Of a DNA stretch of 64,000 nucleotides, positions 12,779-26,644 are shown one piece after another; the stretch's first letter is position 1; each line of letters opens with the position of its first letter. A program made the translations under genes and the position numbers. Source of the DNA: Octopus vulgaris (lineage: Eukaryota); assembly GCA_951406725.2 (NCBI GenBank), contig OX597817.1, forward strand, positions 72,044,001 through 72,108,000, in the 5' to 3' direction. The notes beneath the pieces are model-generated. The model was not told the DNA's origin and ran no database searches. It saw nothing but the letters and a program-made list of their open reading frames with translations.

Positions 12779-14078
12779 TACAAAAGTGTATTCTGTTATT
12801 TGTTCTTCCCCAGTCGCATAAACTTTCCCTTGTCTACCTTGCCATGAAATCGGTTCATTAGAGACATATAACCAATGCCACTTCTGGTGAAAAGAAAAAA
12901 AAATAATTATACGTTTATCCACAACAAACTGTTATTGAGCGGCGATACATTTGTGTAGGAAGGAAACGTTTATTATCATTACATTTAGACATGTTATGAA
13001 AAGCAAAGCTTGTAGAATTTGTGTCTCAGGTACTTATAGTAATTGTGTCATATATATATATATTCATTCTTTTTTTACTTTGTTTAAGTCATTGCACTGC
13101 GGCCAGTGTTGGAGTATTTTTACCGAGTACGTCCACTGCTCTCAATGGACATGTACTTTATATATTGTCGTAATTGTAACAAAACGTTGTATAAAAAAAA
13201 ATACACAATAGCATGCATTATGGTTCTCTATGTATAAATATAACGAATGAAATCGTTACAAATATAACTTTACTTACACAGTCTGCCTGCTGCGAACAGT
13301 AAGAATAATAGTTTCTGGAATGGAGACTAATATGATTATTTGGAACGTACTGTACAATGGTTACCATTGAAGATATAGAAATATTTTCAATATTCATAGT
13401 TTGTGATGAAAAGAATCCTTAACACAACAGGCGAATGACATGTAATTATGATTGTTCAATATCTGTATTCTAATGCTGCAGCGATGAACTTATACGCTCA
13501 TCCTTCTGGAGTCATTAAAATAAAGTCTGGGACGCCAGTATGTCCATGCCGGTGAGACGTTTACTTCGCAACCACATTACCGTGGTTTCGATCCATACAA
13601 CTACTAGGAACCTTGAGTGAGAGACATCTAACATACGCTCCGAGGGGCGAATATAATTCTCTCTACTATAGAAACAATGTCTGAAATTTTGCGGGAGGGA
13701 AGTAGCCAAGCTAGTTACATATATTAATAAAAAAAGTTTACTTAATAACTACAGTTAAACCTGTAAAAGAACGCATTTCTATGCATAAGCATTCCTTCCC
13801 CAACCAATGACTAAAGCACATTACCTCATTAGCTGAGTATCTCCATAAATTAAATGATTGTAAGCTTAGCAATAAACTGAATTAGTTGGTGCTGGGACAC
13901 GCGATATCTTACCAGGGAGGTAAGAATTTCTGTGAATTTTGAATCGAGAAGATTTAGATAGCTAATAGTAAACAACCTCCTAACAAACAACGTAATAAGG
14001 ATTTATTGCACACACAGGGAGATTAGAACGATCTATAGTTACAGGACAAGGTAAAACCAGAACAACAGGGGAGTTACA

Positions 14079-14146
14079 CCTTACAGCCGACACGGCCTTA
14101 CAGTCGACATGGCCTTACAGTCGACACGGCCTTACAGTCGACACGG
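14079..14146. repeat. Minisatellite, 4 x 17 bp CCTTACAGTCGACACGG
   Basis: Units start at 14079, 14096, 14113 and 14130, each with at most one mismatch. Confidence 0.95.
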
Positions 14147-15921
14147 CGGCATAGCAGCCTTGGAGCCGACATGTTGGCATAGCGAAGGGATTCTCATGTT
14201 ACTCGTACATCTAATACAATCAAATACGATTTCGTAGCACCACCTACGCGAACAAGGCCGTCTATATACTCATAGCTGTACATTCAGTAATCTCATCTAC
14301 CTGTACATGTCGACAAAATTTTCATGGAGTACGGAATTATAGCAATACTAGGAACTACATGATATGGAATTACTAGTTGCATCCACCGGCCTGAATACTA
14401 ACTGATCAAGTAGACACATAATCCAAAATGTTTTACCAGATTGTATGTCCATACCCATTTCTGTGAAATCAATGTGCATCTTCTACAAACGTCGACCGAG
14501 ATATACCTACATAACATACATAATATGTATGGATCTACCATTACTTTTCAAATATGCTGCTGTGCTATAAGTAAGTGCACGCTCGGTGAGAGGCCGTGGC
14601 CGATATATATGTAAGTCAGTTCTCTGTATATGTGTATGTGACTGTACGGATGTCTGACTCTGTATGAATATTCTGTTTTTTTAATACCTTTATTTGTTTC
14701 AGTCGTTAGACTGACTACCCTGGGGCACTTCCCCGAAGAATTTTTAGTCTAATAAGAGAAATTAAAGTTGAGATTTTAAACTAACGCTTTTCTGAGTTTC
14801 GTGCTACTACTGTTCAATGCTGCTAAATAATTCATAGCTCTTTACCAACTGATATTGATATGATATACATTTGATCAAAATGTGACTTACAAATATTCAG
14901 ATTCTAAAATGTATATGGTTTCATTAAAGAATTAATATATACTTTAGAAGTATAACAGTTGATAATCGTAATAGAAGAATATACTCTGTACATGGAAAGA
15001 AATAGTAAGAAGGAGAGACAGAGACAAAAGGAGAGCTGAACCACAAAGTAAAATTACTGAGAGAAAATACACAAATGTGAATCCAGAGAGAGAAAAGGAA
15101 ACACAAGCATTATATAACAACAGAGACTGACGAATAGAAGACAGCTTATAATATGGTTTAACGTTTAGGTGGTAACGTAGGGCATAGCAATTTTTGTAAC
15201 ATAATGGAGAAGTATATGATTATTAGGGATGCAACGAAAATAAAGAATTATATATATGTATATGTAAGTATAGGATCAGACGGCAAGGGGAAAGGGGGAA
15301 TAGAGAAATGTGGGGGATGTGAATACATACGAGGTAGAGAAAAATGTACACATACTATTGTACACACGGTTGTCAAAGAATAATGCAAGTCAGAAAGGCC
15401 ATAATCATAAGGATATGTGTGAGTGTGTGTGTGTGTGCGTGTGTGTGTATATATATATATATACATAGAGAGAGAGAGAAAGAGAGGGAGAGAACATTTA
15501 CCATATTGTGGCTTTGTGACGATACTGATAGAGAGCTAGTGAGAAATAATTGCGCCTTAAGAGAAATCTAAGTATCATTGATATACTATTTACAGTCCTT
15601 TATTAAACGTTTGAAGTTTATTATAGAAATGTCACTTATATTTCTGTCCAATGACACGAGTATATTACAAAATAATTGTTCAGATGGCTCAATCACAGAA
15701 CTGTGATAACCATTTTTGACTATCATAGACTGCTACTCAGAAATAAACGAAAAGCAAATGCAATTAGTTTGCGCGCCCAGCTTATTTAATCGGCAATGCT
15801 CCACTCCAAAATGTTTTTCAGTGTTGCCTGTATGTTTACATGGCTTAAACTCGCAGTTTAATGCTAATATTGGGATTATAAATCCTAAATTCATTAAGCT
15901 AGGTAAGTTTCAATTTATTTC

Positions 15922-15922
<1 letters not shown>

Positions 15923-15952
<30 letters not shown>

Positions 15953-16040
15953 CTTCTTCTTCTTCTTCTTCTTCTTCTTCTTCTTCTTCTTCTTCTTCTT
16001 CTTCTTCTTCTTCTTCTTCTTCTTCTTCTTCTTCTTCTTC
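15923..16040. repeat. (CTT)n microsatellite
   Basis: Direct inspection. Confidence 0.98.
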
Positions 16041-16549
16041 GTCTTTTTGTCCTGTTGTTGTTAGTGTCAGATCTGCTCTAAACGAGCAAATGTCTTGCTG
16101 AACTTAACCAATGTCCATTCCGTAGTTTCTCTATATCAAAGACATTCTCCTACGTCTCCTCATTTGAGATTGTAACGTGTGATTTCACTAAGATTTGTTT
16201 GGTAATTACATAAGTTAGTGACCATGAAAGATATATCGAGTTTGTCAGGTTTAGTCTTCTATCATTGCTAAGTACATACTATACCTATTCGACTGGTGAC
16301 GTCAGCAAGAAACCGTTCCAAAGCCTTGGAAAAGTCCCAACAGATACTGATATAAAAATATGTGAGTATGAATGTGCATGTGCATGTATGTGAGTGCGTG
16401 TGAGACTGCGTATATTGGCACACATAATTCGATCACAACCTTGTTCTCGTTACAAAGCTAACTACGTTGATCCCCGGAAGCCTGCGAACGGCGTAAGCAC
16501 AGTCCTTTTCTCCGGACAAAGCCGGATAATGAATAGAAAAAAGAATCAT

Positions 16550-16930
16550 GACTATGGGGTTATGAAGTTCGCTTCTCCACCTCACGGTTTTGATTTCAGT
16601 TCCACTGCACGGCCTCTTGGGTAAGTATCCTTCTCTATAACTTTGGGCCTATCAATGTCTTGAGTTGGCAGACCAAATTAGTGTGCGGAAGCTTTGTGCA
16701 TATATGTATGTATCTATGTATCTATGTATCTATGTATGTATGTACGTATGTGTTTGCTTGTGTCTGTGTGTGAGCATGTGATTATGTGGGTATCTGCTGC
16801 TTGTCAATTACTTCTGCTTTATCTACATCTCCGTAAGTTGTGGTTTAAGCAATATAATTACTGAGGTTGATAAATCTGTTAATGCGGTGCTCCAGCATGG
16901 CTGCAACTGAACGAAATTGGTAGAAGAGTA
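16550..16930 (+). mobile_element. Degenerate SINE family A copy
   Basis: Decayed head (TTCAGTTCCACTGCACGG), internal (TATG)n, tail GCGGTGCTCCAGCATGGC. Confidence 0.65.
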
Positions 16931-18190
16931 GGAGAATATAAATTTTCTTCTTTTTGCTGGTTAGCATCGATATGTCTGCGAGGACTTTACCTTAGAGACC
17001 GTTTATTCCACAAAACCACAAGAATTGCACGTTACTTATTCACCTCTTCCTACTCCTCCACTTCTTTTTCCACGCCTTCTTTTAATTTCAGTTATATATT
17101 ATATTGTTTTAATAAAAGTAAAGGGGAAAAAATAAAATAGGATAAAAAGAAGAAAACAAACGCTATGTTTATGTGGTGGATGACAATCTTAACGCCAGAC
17201 TATATAAGAGACAGTGCAAATGAGAGGCATCACCTATTTGAACCAAGCAACAATTTTCCACTACTAAAATTTCATGATGATTGATTTTTGTGACAGAGAT
17301 AATGTGTTCTAATATGATTGATTGATTAGGTGGGTTTTGTCTACGTTTAATTAGACACTTAATATTCCATAGCTAATCACATCGTATTTTCCGTTTATGT
17401 TTTTTCCATTTTTCTTTCACTCTTGCTTCTAATTGTTCATCCTTCCAAGCAAAATATTAATGCAGTCTTTCTGTCTTTGGTGTTAATTTCGAGTTTGTTC
17501 TAAATCACTATATCATGTGACATGATTGTCAAAGGTTATGCTCATAATCCGGGCAAATAATTTGTTTTTTACAGTTTGTTAAACATATTATTTGAATTTA
17601 TCCGGTCATTTATTTGTGAGTGCTTTGGTGTGTAGTCTAGTTTGGAGACTGCTTCCGTGATTGATTTTTTGTTTTTATATTACGATAGTTTTATATATTT
17701 ATATTATGACAATATACTACATTCCAGTGGATTGGCAGATTCTTTACGTTTTTGAGTTCAAATGCCGTCATGGTCGACTTTACTTTCAATCATTCTAGAT
17801 AAATAAATTACCGGTGGTTAATTTAATCTACAAATCATTCTCCAACGATTTGTTGCTTTGTTCCTCCTACAAACCATCGAATATTATATATTATGCTATT
17901 AATAAATGTCTATGAAAAGATATTCTCTCAGATAAAAACTACTGCGTCATGCTAGTCAGTTGTGAATATATGATACACGGATGGTGTTTATAATTTTATG
18001 GTGTTTCAATTACATATACTGAATTTATTTTAGCCTGACAGTGTTTTCGTAATATCAGTAACAATATATCGGAGGTGACTGATTTCGTCTAGCATGTGAC
18101 AAAAGGATACACGTCACTGACAAGCTCCAATAAGAGCGAAACTATTCTGGAGTTACAGTAAGTCGCTGTTGTGATAAAGTTCCTCTCGCA

Positions 18191-18236
<46 letters not shown>

Positions 18237-18237
<1 letters not shown>

Positions 18238-18467
18238 AATTATAATTAAGGGTATCTAAAAGTTACCACCATGCTAGAGATAGCAGTCAAAACTTGACTC
18301 TAAAACCACATAAAATATCTATACAGCACTAGGAGAGGAGACAAAGAGACAAAATAAACTAGCAAAAAGATATTGGATAATCCCAGATCCGGAATTCTGG
18401 GTTCGCATAAAAATATACTCTGCCTCATCAGTGGGATATACACAGACAGTACGTAATTACAAATATT

Positions 18468-18522
<55 letters not shown>

Positions 18523-18720
18523 TTAATGTATGTATCTATGTATGTATTATGCCAAGCCAGAAATCTGGATCTGGGATTATCCAATAAATTTTTACTAGCT
18601 TATTTGTCTTTTTGATCTTTTCCTCTGGTGCTGTATGAATAGATGATGTGGTTTTAGAGTCAAGTTTTGACTGCTATCTCTTGCATGATGGTACCTTTTA
18701 GATACCCTTGATTATGATTT
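18237..18720. mobile_element. Fold-back element with ~175-bp inverted arms and a hammerhead motif
   Basis: Arms 18237-18410 and 18547-18720 (AAGGGTATCTAAA / TTTAGATACCCTT; TTGGATAATCCCAGATCC / GGATCTGGGATTATCCAA); starts beside (TA)n. Confidence 0.85.
18380..18437 (-). ncRNA. Hammerhead motif, partly decayed
   Basis: Minus strand AUCCCA-CUGAUGA-GGCA...UGC-GAAC-CCAGAAUUCCGG-AUC-UGGGAU; perfect 6-bp stem I and CUGAUGA box, GAAA mutated. Confidence 0.5.
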
Positions 18721-18961
18721 TAATAATAATTATTACCTATAAGGTTTTTATTCCCATGCTGGGCACTTGATATGATCGTATTTTAAATAACGATCTTATC
18801 CTTATTTATATAAATTTATATACTTACTTCGTCATTATATTCACTACGGCAGTATTTTGACCATATAGCACGGGGAGTTTGGACGGGCTATTAAATCGGT
18901 CGTGTAAATACGTACATATATATGTGTGTATACGTGCGTATATCTAAGTATTCTTATGTTG

Positions 18962-19031
<70 letters not shown>

Positions 19032-19129
19032 AACATACATACACACACATACACACACTCACACATACACACACTCACACATACACACACACACACGCAC
19101 GCACACACACATATGTATATATATATATA

Positions 19130-19750
19130 CAGGGAAGAGGATTTGAAAATACAGAGGTTTTTTAAAGATGTTTATTGACTTGACATGTTTCACTTTTTTT
19201 TTAAGAAAAGATTTTCGAAAGTAAAGTGCAAAGATTTGTGTAGTCTTTGTGGTGTTAAAAATTAGTTAACATAGATGTATTAAAATACAGTGATAGTCTT
19301 TGACCATGATAAGACAATGTTAAGAAATAGAATCTTTGACAATGTTAAGAATATATGACAGGCTTTGTGTTTAAACATTTTATATAAAAGTGTTCAAAAT
19401 TGGCAGTAAAATAGGTTCATAATTGCTTATAAGTTCACCAGAAATCATAATTTTTTATAAGTATATGCACAAAAAGAATTTGTAGACAGTATTTGATAGG
19501 AGAAAGCGTGTATTGGTTTGTCAAAAGTTCATCAGAAAGCATAATTATTTATAAGTATTTTGGAGGAATGACCAATTACCAACCTTTTTTCTTCATCTCC
19601 AAGGATGGTTGCTATTTTTAGAAATAGTGTGGGGGCTGGTTTGGATCAGTTACATGATCTGATTTCGAATAGTTTGTGGAATCAAAAGGATTTTTTGTTT
19701 TTGGGCTAGTCTGGTTCGATGGTTTTTCGGCTGGTTTAGAGTTCAAGATG
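19130..19750 (-). mobile_element. Degenerate Penelope-like 3' end with a decayed hammerhead motif at 19178-19222
   Basis: Minus strand ACUU-UCGAAAA-stem II-GAAA-CAU-GUC-AAGU (palindrome ACAUGU); upstream sequence weakly resembles the PLE endonuclease C-terminus; ends at (TA)n. Confidence 0.45.
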
Positions 19751-19759
19751 GGGTGATTG

Positions 19760-20731
19760 AATGTGTATGTGTGCACGGTTCTATGCGTGTGTGTGTATAT
19801 ATGCTTGTGCATGTGTGTGATGATTTTTGACTGGTCGTAGAGTTCAGTGTAGTGTGTGTGTGTATGTGTCTGTGTATGTATGTGTTTTATATTTAGCAGA
19901 GTGGTGTGTGTGTATGTTTGCACGTGTGTGTATATGTGTGATTTGGTTTTGTCAGGGTGTTGTGTGTGTGCGCGTAGGAATGTATGTGTATATATGTGTT
20001 TGTTCGTGTGTGTGTATGTGCGTGTACGTTTGTGTGTATGTGCGTGTGTATGTTTGTGTGTGTTGTGTGCATGCACAGGAGTATGTGTGTGTGTCTGTAT
20101 GTTTATAGTGTTATAATTGTCCGGGTGGTGTATGTATGTGCGTGTGAGTGTGCATATGTATGGGTATGTGTGCGAATGTGCATACGTAATAGTGTGTGTG
20201 GGTGCATATGTATGTACGTGTGTGAGTGTATATGTGTGTGTCCGTGTGTGTTATGCTTATCAGGATGGTGTGTATGTGTGTGCGCGTGTATATACTGTGC
20301 GTGTACTGGTATGCGTTTGTGTTTTGCGTGTTTGTGTGTATGTAGGTGTGGTTTATGTATTCTTTGTGTGTGTGTGTGTGTTTGTGTGACTTGTATTTGT
20401 CATTGTGTGTCATTGAGTGCTTGTATGTGTGTGTATATGTGTGTGTCTGTGAGTGTTTGTTGGGATTGCTGGAATTGTATTGCGTGTGTATATGTGGGTG
20501 TTTTTTTCTTTGAGTGTGTGTGTATTTTTAGTGAGGAATGGGCATATTGTGTTTGTGTGTATGTATGTATTCGTATGTGTGTGCGTGGGTTGTGTAGTAT
20601 TTGTGTGTGTGCGTGGGTTGTGTAGTATTTGTGTGTGTTTGTGTGTGTTTGTGTGCGTATCTGTATATGTGTATCTGTTCTTGCTGTGGTTCTACTTGGT
20701 ATGTGTTTAAGTACTAGTTTTAATAGTATGT

Positions 20732-20772
<41 letters not shown>

Positions 20773-20985
20773 CTGCTGTGCCTGGGAGAGTCATTCTCTT
20801 TTAGCACGAACTCACATAAAGAATTCTGCAAACCAAATCCAAAGACGACATATATATATAATATATGTATGTGTAGGGAAGAGAGAAAACGTGTGTGTGC
20901 GTCAGCGTGCATGTGTGTGCGTGTGTGTGTACATATGTGTGTCTGTGTGTGTATAAGTATGGTATATGTGTGAGTGTGTGCGTAT
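19760..20985. repeat. Long degenerate (TG)-rich simple sequence
   Basis: About 1.2 kb of imperfect TG/TATG repeats. Confidence 0.9.
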
Positions 20986-21091
20986 AGAGAGACGAGGAGC
21001 TTACAGTTACTAAAATGTAAAGCAATACAATATAAATTGAGATAATGAACGGGATTGAGGAATAAAGTAAAATAAGAGGTATAAAATAAAT

Positions 21092-21553
21092 TATTTACAT
21101 TATTTACAATTGACGGATATTTGTCCTCATCTTGTTTGTTGTTAACACAACATTTCGGCTGATATACCCTCCAGCCTTCATCAGGTGTCTTGGGAAAATT
21201 TCGAACCTGGGTTCTCATTTCTAAGGTATTTTTTTCAATGTTGTTATTAGTATTGTTATTATTCAGGTCACTGCCTGGAATCGAACTCGGAATCTTGGAG
21301 TTAGTAGCCCGTGCTCTTAACCCCAAGATTCCGAGTTCGATTCCAGGCAGTGATCTGAATAATAATAACATCGAAAAAACATACCTTAGGAATGAGAGCC
21401 CAGGTTCGAAAATTCCGCGAGACACCTGATGAAGGCTGGAGGGTATATCAGCCGAAATGTTGTGTTAACAACAAACAAGATTAGGACAAATATTCGTCAA
21501 TTGTAAATAATGTAAATAACGTACATAATTCCTCTTCTCTTAAATATAGAACT
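21092..21553. mobile_element. Fold-back retroelement with tRNA-like head, hammerhead-bearing tail and 13-bp target site duplication
   Basis: Inverted arms 21091-21303 and 21318-21519; 34-nt unpaired tail 21520-21553; GTATAAAATAAAT at 21079-21091 and 21554-21566. Confidence 0.9.
21421..21466 (+). ncRNA. Minimal type-I hammerhead motif (mirror copy at about 21144-21189, minus strand)
   Basis: GACAC-CUGAUGA-A-GGCUG(gaggguauau)CAGCC-GAAA-UGUU-GUGUU; stem I GACAC/GUGUU and a 5-bp stem II. Confidence 0.65.
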
Positions 21554-23333
21554 GTATAAAATAAATAACTTAGAGAAATAAGTGCATTTCTTTAGAGATA
21601 AATTGCTTAAAGAAATTAAATTTTCTGACATTCATGTTATTAAAAAGCCAGCTTCAGTTAAATATAATCAAAACATCCAGTTGTACAATCACAGTTTTTT
21701 TTTTTATATCGGTACATGGTCAACATTTTGGTGGAGTATAATATATTTGATTAAACTGACTACAGAACCCTTGGTATTTACTTTATCGATCTTCGGAAAA
21801 ATTAAACGCTAACATTGATCTCGGTGGGATTTGAACAGAGAATCAAAAGAGACATGATTAAATAACACGCGGTTCATCCGTCATTCTATCGACTCCACAA
21901 ATGCAAATCGTTACTTATCGGGGAATGGTATTGCTTAAGAGAATCGAATTATTAGGAAATTACCTTTTGCCGATGGGGCTCAGTTCAGCACATATTACTC
22001 AGTTTTCATAAGAAGGCCAGTTGTTTCATAAATACAGCGGATTAACTGTGAAAGTTCTTCTGAGGAATTAGATCGTACAATTTACTTTCAGTTCAAATTT
22101 CTCTGGGGTTTGAGGCCTTACATCTCGTGAATCGCGGAGTAGTAGTATTAGTACCAGTAATGTATTCGAGTCGTTTATATAGCCTGTATTTTTTGTGTAG
22201 ATGTGTGTGCATTTTTGCCAATGTAGGAAATCAATATTCAAATATTAGAAATTGGCAGCAGAATGGAATTACAAAAACGAATCAGTCAACGATGTCGTCA
22301 AGATGTTGATAATACCCTACACAACCCTCTACCCAAAAGCATGTCTTCTGGTTGTTTAGATAAAAACAAACAAACAAACAATAACAAGTAGAGGCCTGGT
22401 GTGAACAGTAAACTAAGCAACAAAGAGGTCTTTATCGGTGCATAATTATACCTCATAAAACAACACTAAAGGAAAATAGATTCCTCATTGTAAACAATGA
22501 CGAGAAATAGAGCCAAAATCTCGATTCTACTTCAAATGTTATTATACAGTTCGTGTGTAAACACGGTTTTAATAGAAAAGCAAGACATCAGAGAGAACTC
22601 TATAGAAATTTGATTAAATTAAATTAAATCATATGTATAATAAAATAAACATTCAATATGTAATAACAGAAGGAATCACAGACCATATTATAATCAACAA
22701 CGCATACATTTCTTGTCGGTCGATTCCAGCCTGGAAATTAAAATCTGTTAACTGATTTTTTCACCTCGACTCCTGAGTCACTTATGTAAATTACATGTAA
22801 AATATTATAAGATTGATTTAGACATAACACATATAGTGATTTTAGGAAACAGTCTGGTTCAGCTGAAAAGATTTCTGTTCTGTAAATTACAATAAAGACG
22901 AATGTCAGTCCATACCTTCTTACATTAGATATGACTGAAACAAATATTGTTGGTTTTGAATTTATTCAAGTCGGTGGTTGAACGAAACCTACGGACAGAA
23001 CAGATTCGATTATACAGATCAGTGCAGCCTTTGGTTAGCCAGCAACCTGGGAGTGAATTTTGGTAAACGTAAAGTATCGGAAAGCTACATGAGCATTCTA
23101 CCTAACTTTATCCTCTTGGAGTACTCATTAATAAGTTTTTGATATTAGGTGACCAGCATACATTAAGGTTCTCGTTCAACTGTGTACGTTATAGTAAAAA
23201 AATATTAGCGAGTACACCCAAGATTCCGGAGAGAGCAGAAAGAGACATTTGGCTGATTCCTTTTAGTTTTAGCACATTATGAAATCATGTAGAAGACTTC
23301 CCGTTGGCTCTGCGAATCAGCAAATGTTAATAA

Positions 23334-24361
<1,028 letters not shown>

Positions 24362-25194
24362 GAGCTGCTTCATATATCACCTCAAAAGCTTTCGCCGTAG
24401 AAGGCCCATAGCTATGGTAGAAAACAAATGCCAAATGAGCTGATCTTGTCATTGGATTGAACTTGATACAACATAGATGTAAACCAAACTTGTTAGCCAA
24501 AGAAAGATGTCTGCCGTTCAAAGTTGTCTCAATGTTATACGAGATATATTTTGGTCAAGTACGAAAACAATTTCTGAAAATTTATGTAATTAAATATTCA
24601 CGATTTATAACAAATTTAATACGTGAACCCTTAAAATTTAGATGCTAAATATTTTATTGACCCGGAAGGATAAAAAATAAACTTGGCTTTGGTTGGGATT
24701 GAAATCAAAAGACGAGATATAAGAACACAAAATACGTGAAGCATTCTGTCAGTTGCTGTACCGAATTTTGCTCTGAACGCAATTATAATGATTAAATAAA
24801 TTCAAATTATTAATTTCAAATTTGTAATTTGTAATGTATTTTCGTTTTTCGAAACTAAAATTTTAAAAACGTTTACTCAAATCTGAATGATTATTAAACC
24901 ATCGATGTAATTTTTAATGAGGAATAAATAGTTGTTTTAATTCCAAAGCAGAAACTGCAGTCATAAATATATGGAAATTGATTAATTAAGGTTATTTTTC
25001 ACTATGCTGATATGTTATTTTGGGTAATGGAATAAACTTATAAAGTAATCCTATACTCTGCTTTGGAACTATATATCGTGAAAGCCGCCCTTTTGACTGA
25101 CTGAGATTATTGAATTTGAAAATGTTTGTTCTTGTCTTAACATGATTCTCCAAGAGCCAATTTGCTGATATTCATAAGTATCATTTTAATTCCG

Positions 25195-25336
<142 letters not shown>

Positions 25337-25570
25337 TGTTAGTAAAATTATTGCAATGTTTCCCAAACAATCTTCTGGAAAATGTTTGAGATAAATGACA
25401 TGAGCATACACCTGTTGCAGTTTTCCTTTTGCAACGATATATCAATTTCTCTGCTTAATTGCTTCGAGTTCTTTACGTAATATTCGCTGACTGTTTTGTT
25501 CGCAATACGCAATATCATGTATACAATATGTATCTGTATACATACATACATACATACATACATACATACA

Positions 25571-25601
<31 letters not shown>

Positions 25602-26342
25602 GCATGCATGTATGACAATAAATATCTATATACATATCTATATACATCAATATAATTATATATTTATGTACACTTGCATTTGTTCATGTATGCAAGCAGG
25701 TACAAATAGAACGTAACTGAATGAAGAACATATTTCTACTTTGGAATTCTATTCTTTCTCATTTCTATGTTGTTGTTTTTTTGCTTAATGTATTTGTTGT
25801 TTTGTTATCGTCATTGTTGCTGTTAGAATTACTATTTTCTATTTCCATACTTCTTTTTGTTGTTGTTGCTTGCTTATTATATTTATCTCATATGTATTTT
25901 TGTCTATGTTGCAAAAGTTCTTTAAATTTCATAAAATTAATTAAACTTATTAAAATTAATTATCATTCTATACATTTGCTCATTAACCACACAATTGTGA
26001 TAGCCTTGAGTGGTTGTGTGTTTTGTGTTTTCATACGAAGTTAGAATTATATTTTTCTTTCAACCTAAAATAAAGAACTGTATGAATTATTCGTTCCAAA
26101 CGTTTCATCAGCTAAAATCAATATAACTGAGTGCCTGATACTAGGTGCTAAATAAACTAGATGCTATAGGATTGTCCGTTCAAAACTCTCTTAGAATGGT
26201 TTTATGGTATTTCCGGTTTATAAGTTACTCTTAAGAGGAAGGGTTGTGCCTCTGACCTGTGCATGCATTACTCCCAGACCATTAGAATTGATGAAACTGA
26301 GACCCAACCTGAAGGCTTGCAATTAATAATTAAAGAAAAAGT

Positions 26343-26423
26343 GAAGGCAGCGAGATGGCAGAATCGTTAGCATGCCGGGAAGAATGTTGCATTCCGTCCG
26401 TCTTTCCATTCTAAGCTCAAATT

Positions 26424-26426
<3 letters not shown>
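26343..26426 (+). mobile_element. 5' fragment of tRNA-derived SINE family B
   Basis: AAGGCAGCGAGATGGCAGAATCGTTAGCATGCCGG...CTCAAATTCC matches the heads at 46136 and 52538 and, reversed, 32535 and 44753. Confidence 0.75.
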
Positions 26427-26455
<29 letters not shown>

Positions 26456-26460
<5 letters not shown>

Positions 26461-26642
26461 ATCCAAACAAGAAAGCACAAAAAAAACACAGCAACGCGAG
26501 GACGTGGAACAAATATAGTATTATTGGACACTCAAGAAAGAAGGAAAGAAGGAGGGTTTAACGTTTCGAGCGGAGCTCTTCGTCGGAAACATAGGAGAAC
26601 GAAAGATCCAGAGAAGGGAAGACAGAGGAAAAATATCGCCAA
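26456..26642 (-). mobile_element. Family H1 hammerhead-bearing repeat (HHR motif at 26556-26590)
   Basis: HHR segment identical to 4025-4059; 3' end abuts (TA)n. Confidence 0.8.
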
Positions 26643-26644
26643 CA

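Noticed and set aside
14079-14146. CRISPR-like array
   Set aside because: Repeats are contiguous with no unique spacers, the context is eukaryotic and there are no cas genes
18237-18720. MITE interpretation of the fold-back elements
   Set aside because: No superfamily-type TIR ends or fixed TSD; internal hammerhead motifs and asymmetric truncation fit PLE-type inversions better
21266-21322. Functional tRNA gene
   Set aside because: The 5' acceptor strand is missing and the stems are imperfect; treated as a SINE-type head. The heads of SINE families A-C also fail to form a full cloverleaf
20400-21425. Longest ORF in the track (341 aa)
   Set aside because: It runs through TG/TA microsatellites and the fold-back element; there is no domain signal, and stop-poor repeats explain the length
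26095-26113. Minus-strand CTGATGAAACGTT as a hammerhead
   Set aside because: No stem II and no stem I pairing; could be chance or a deleted relic
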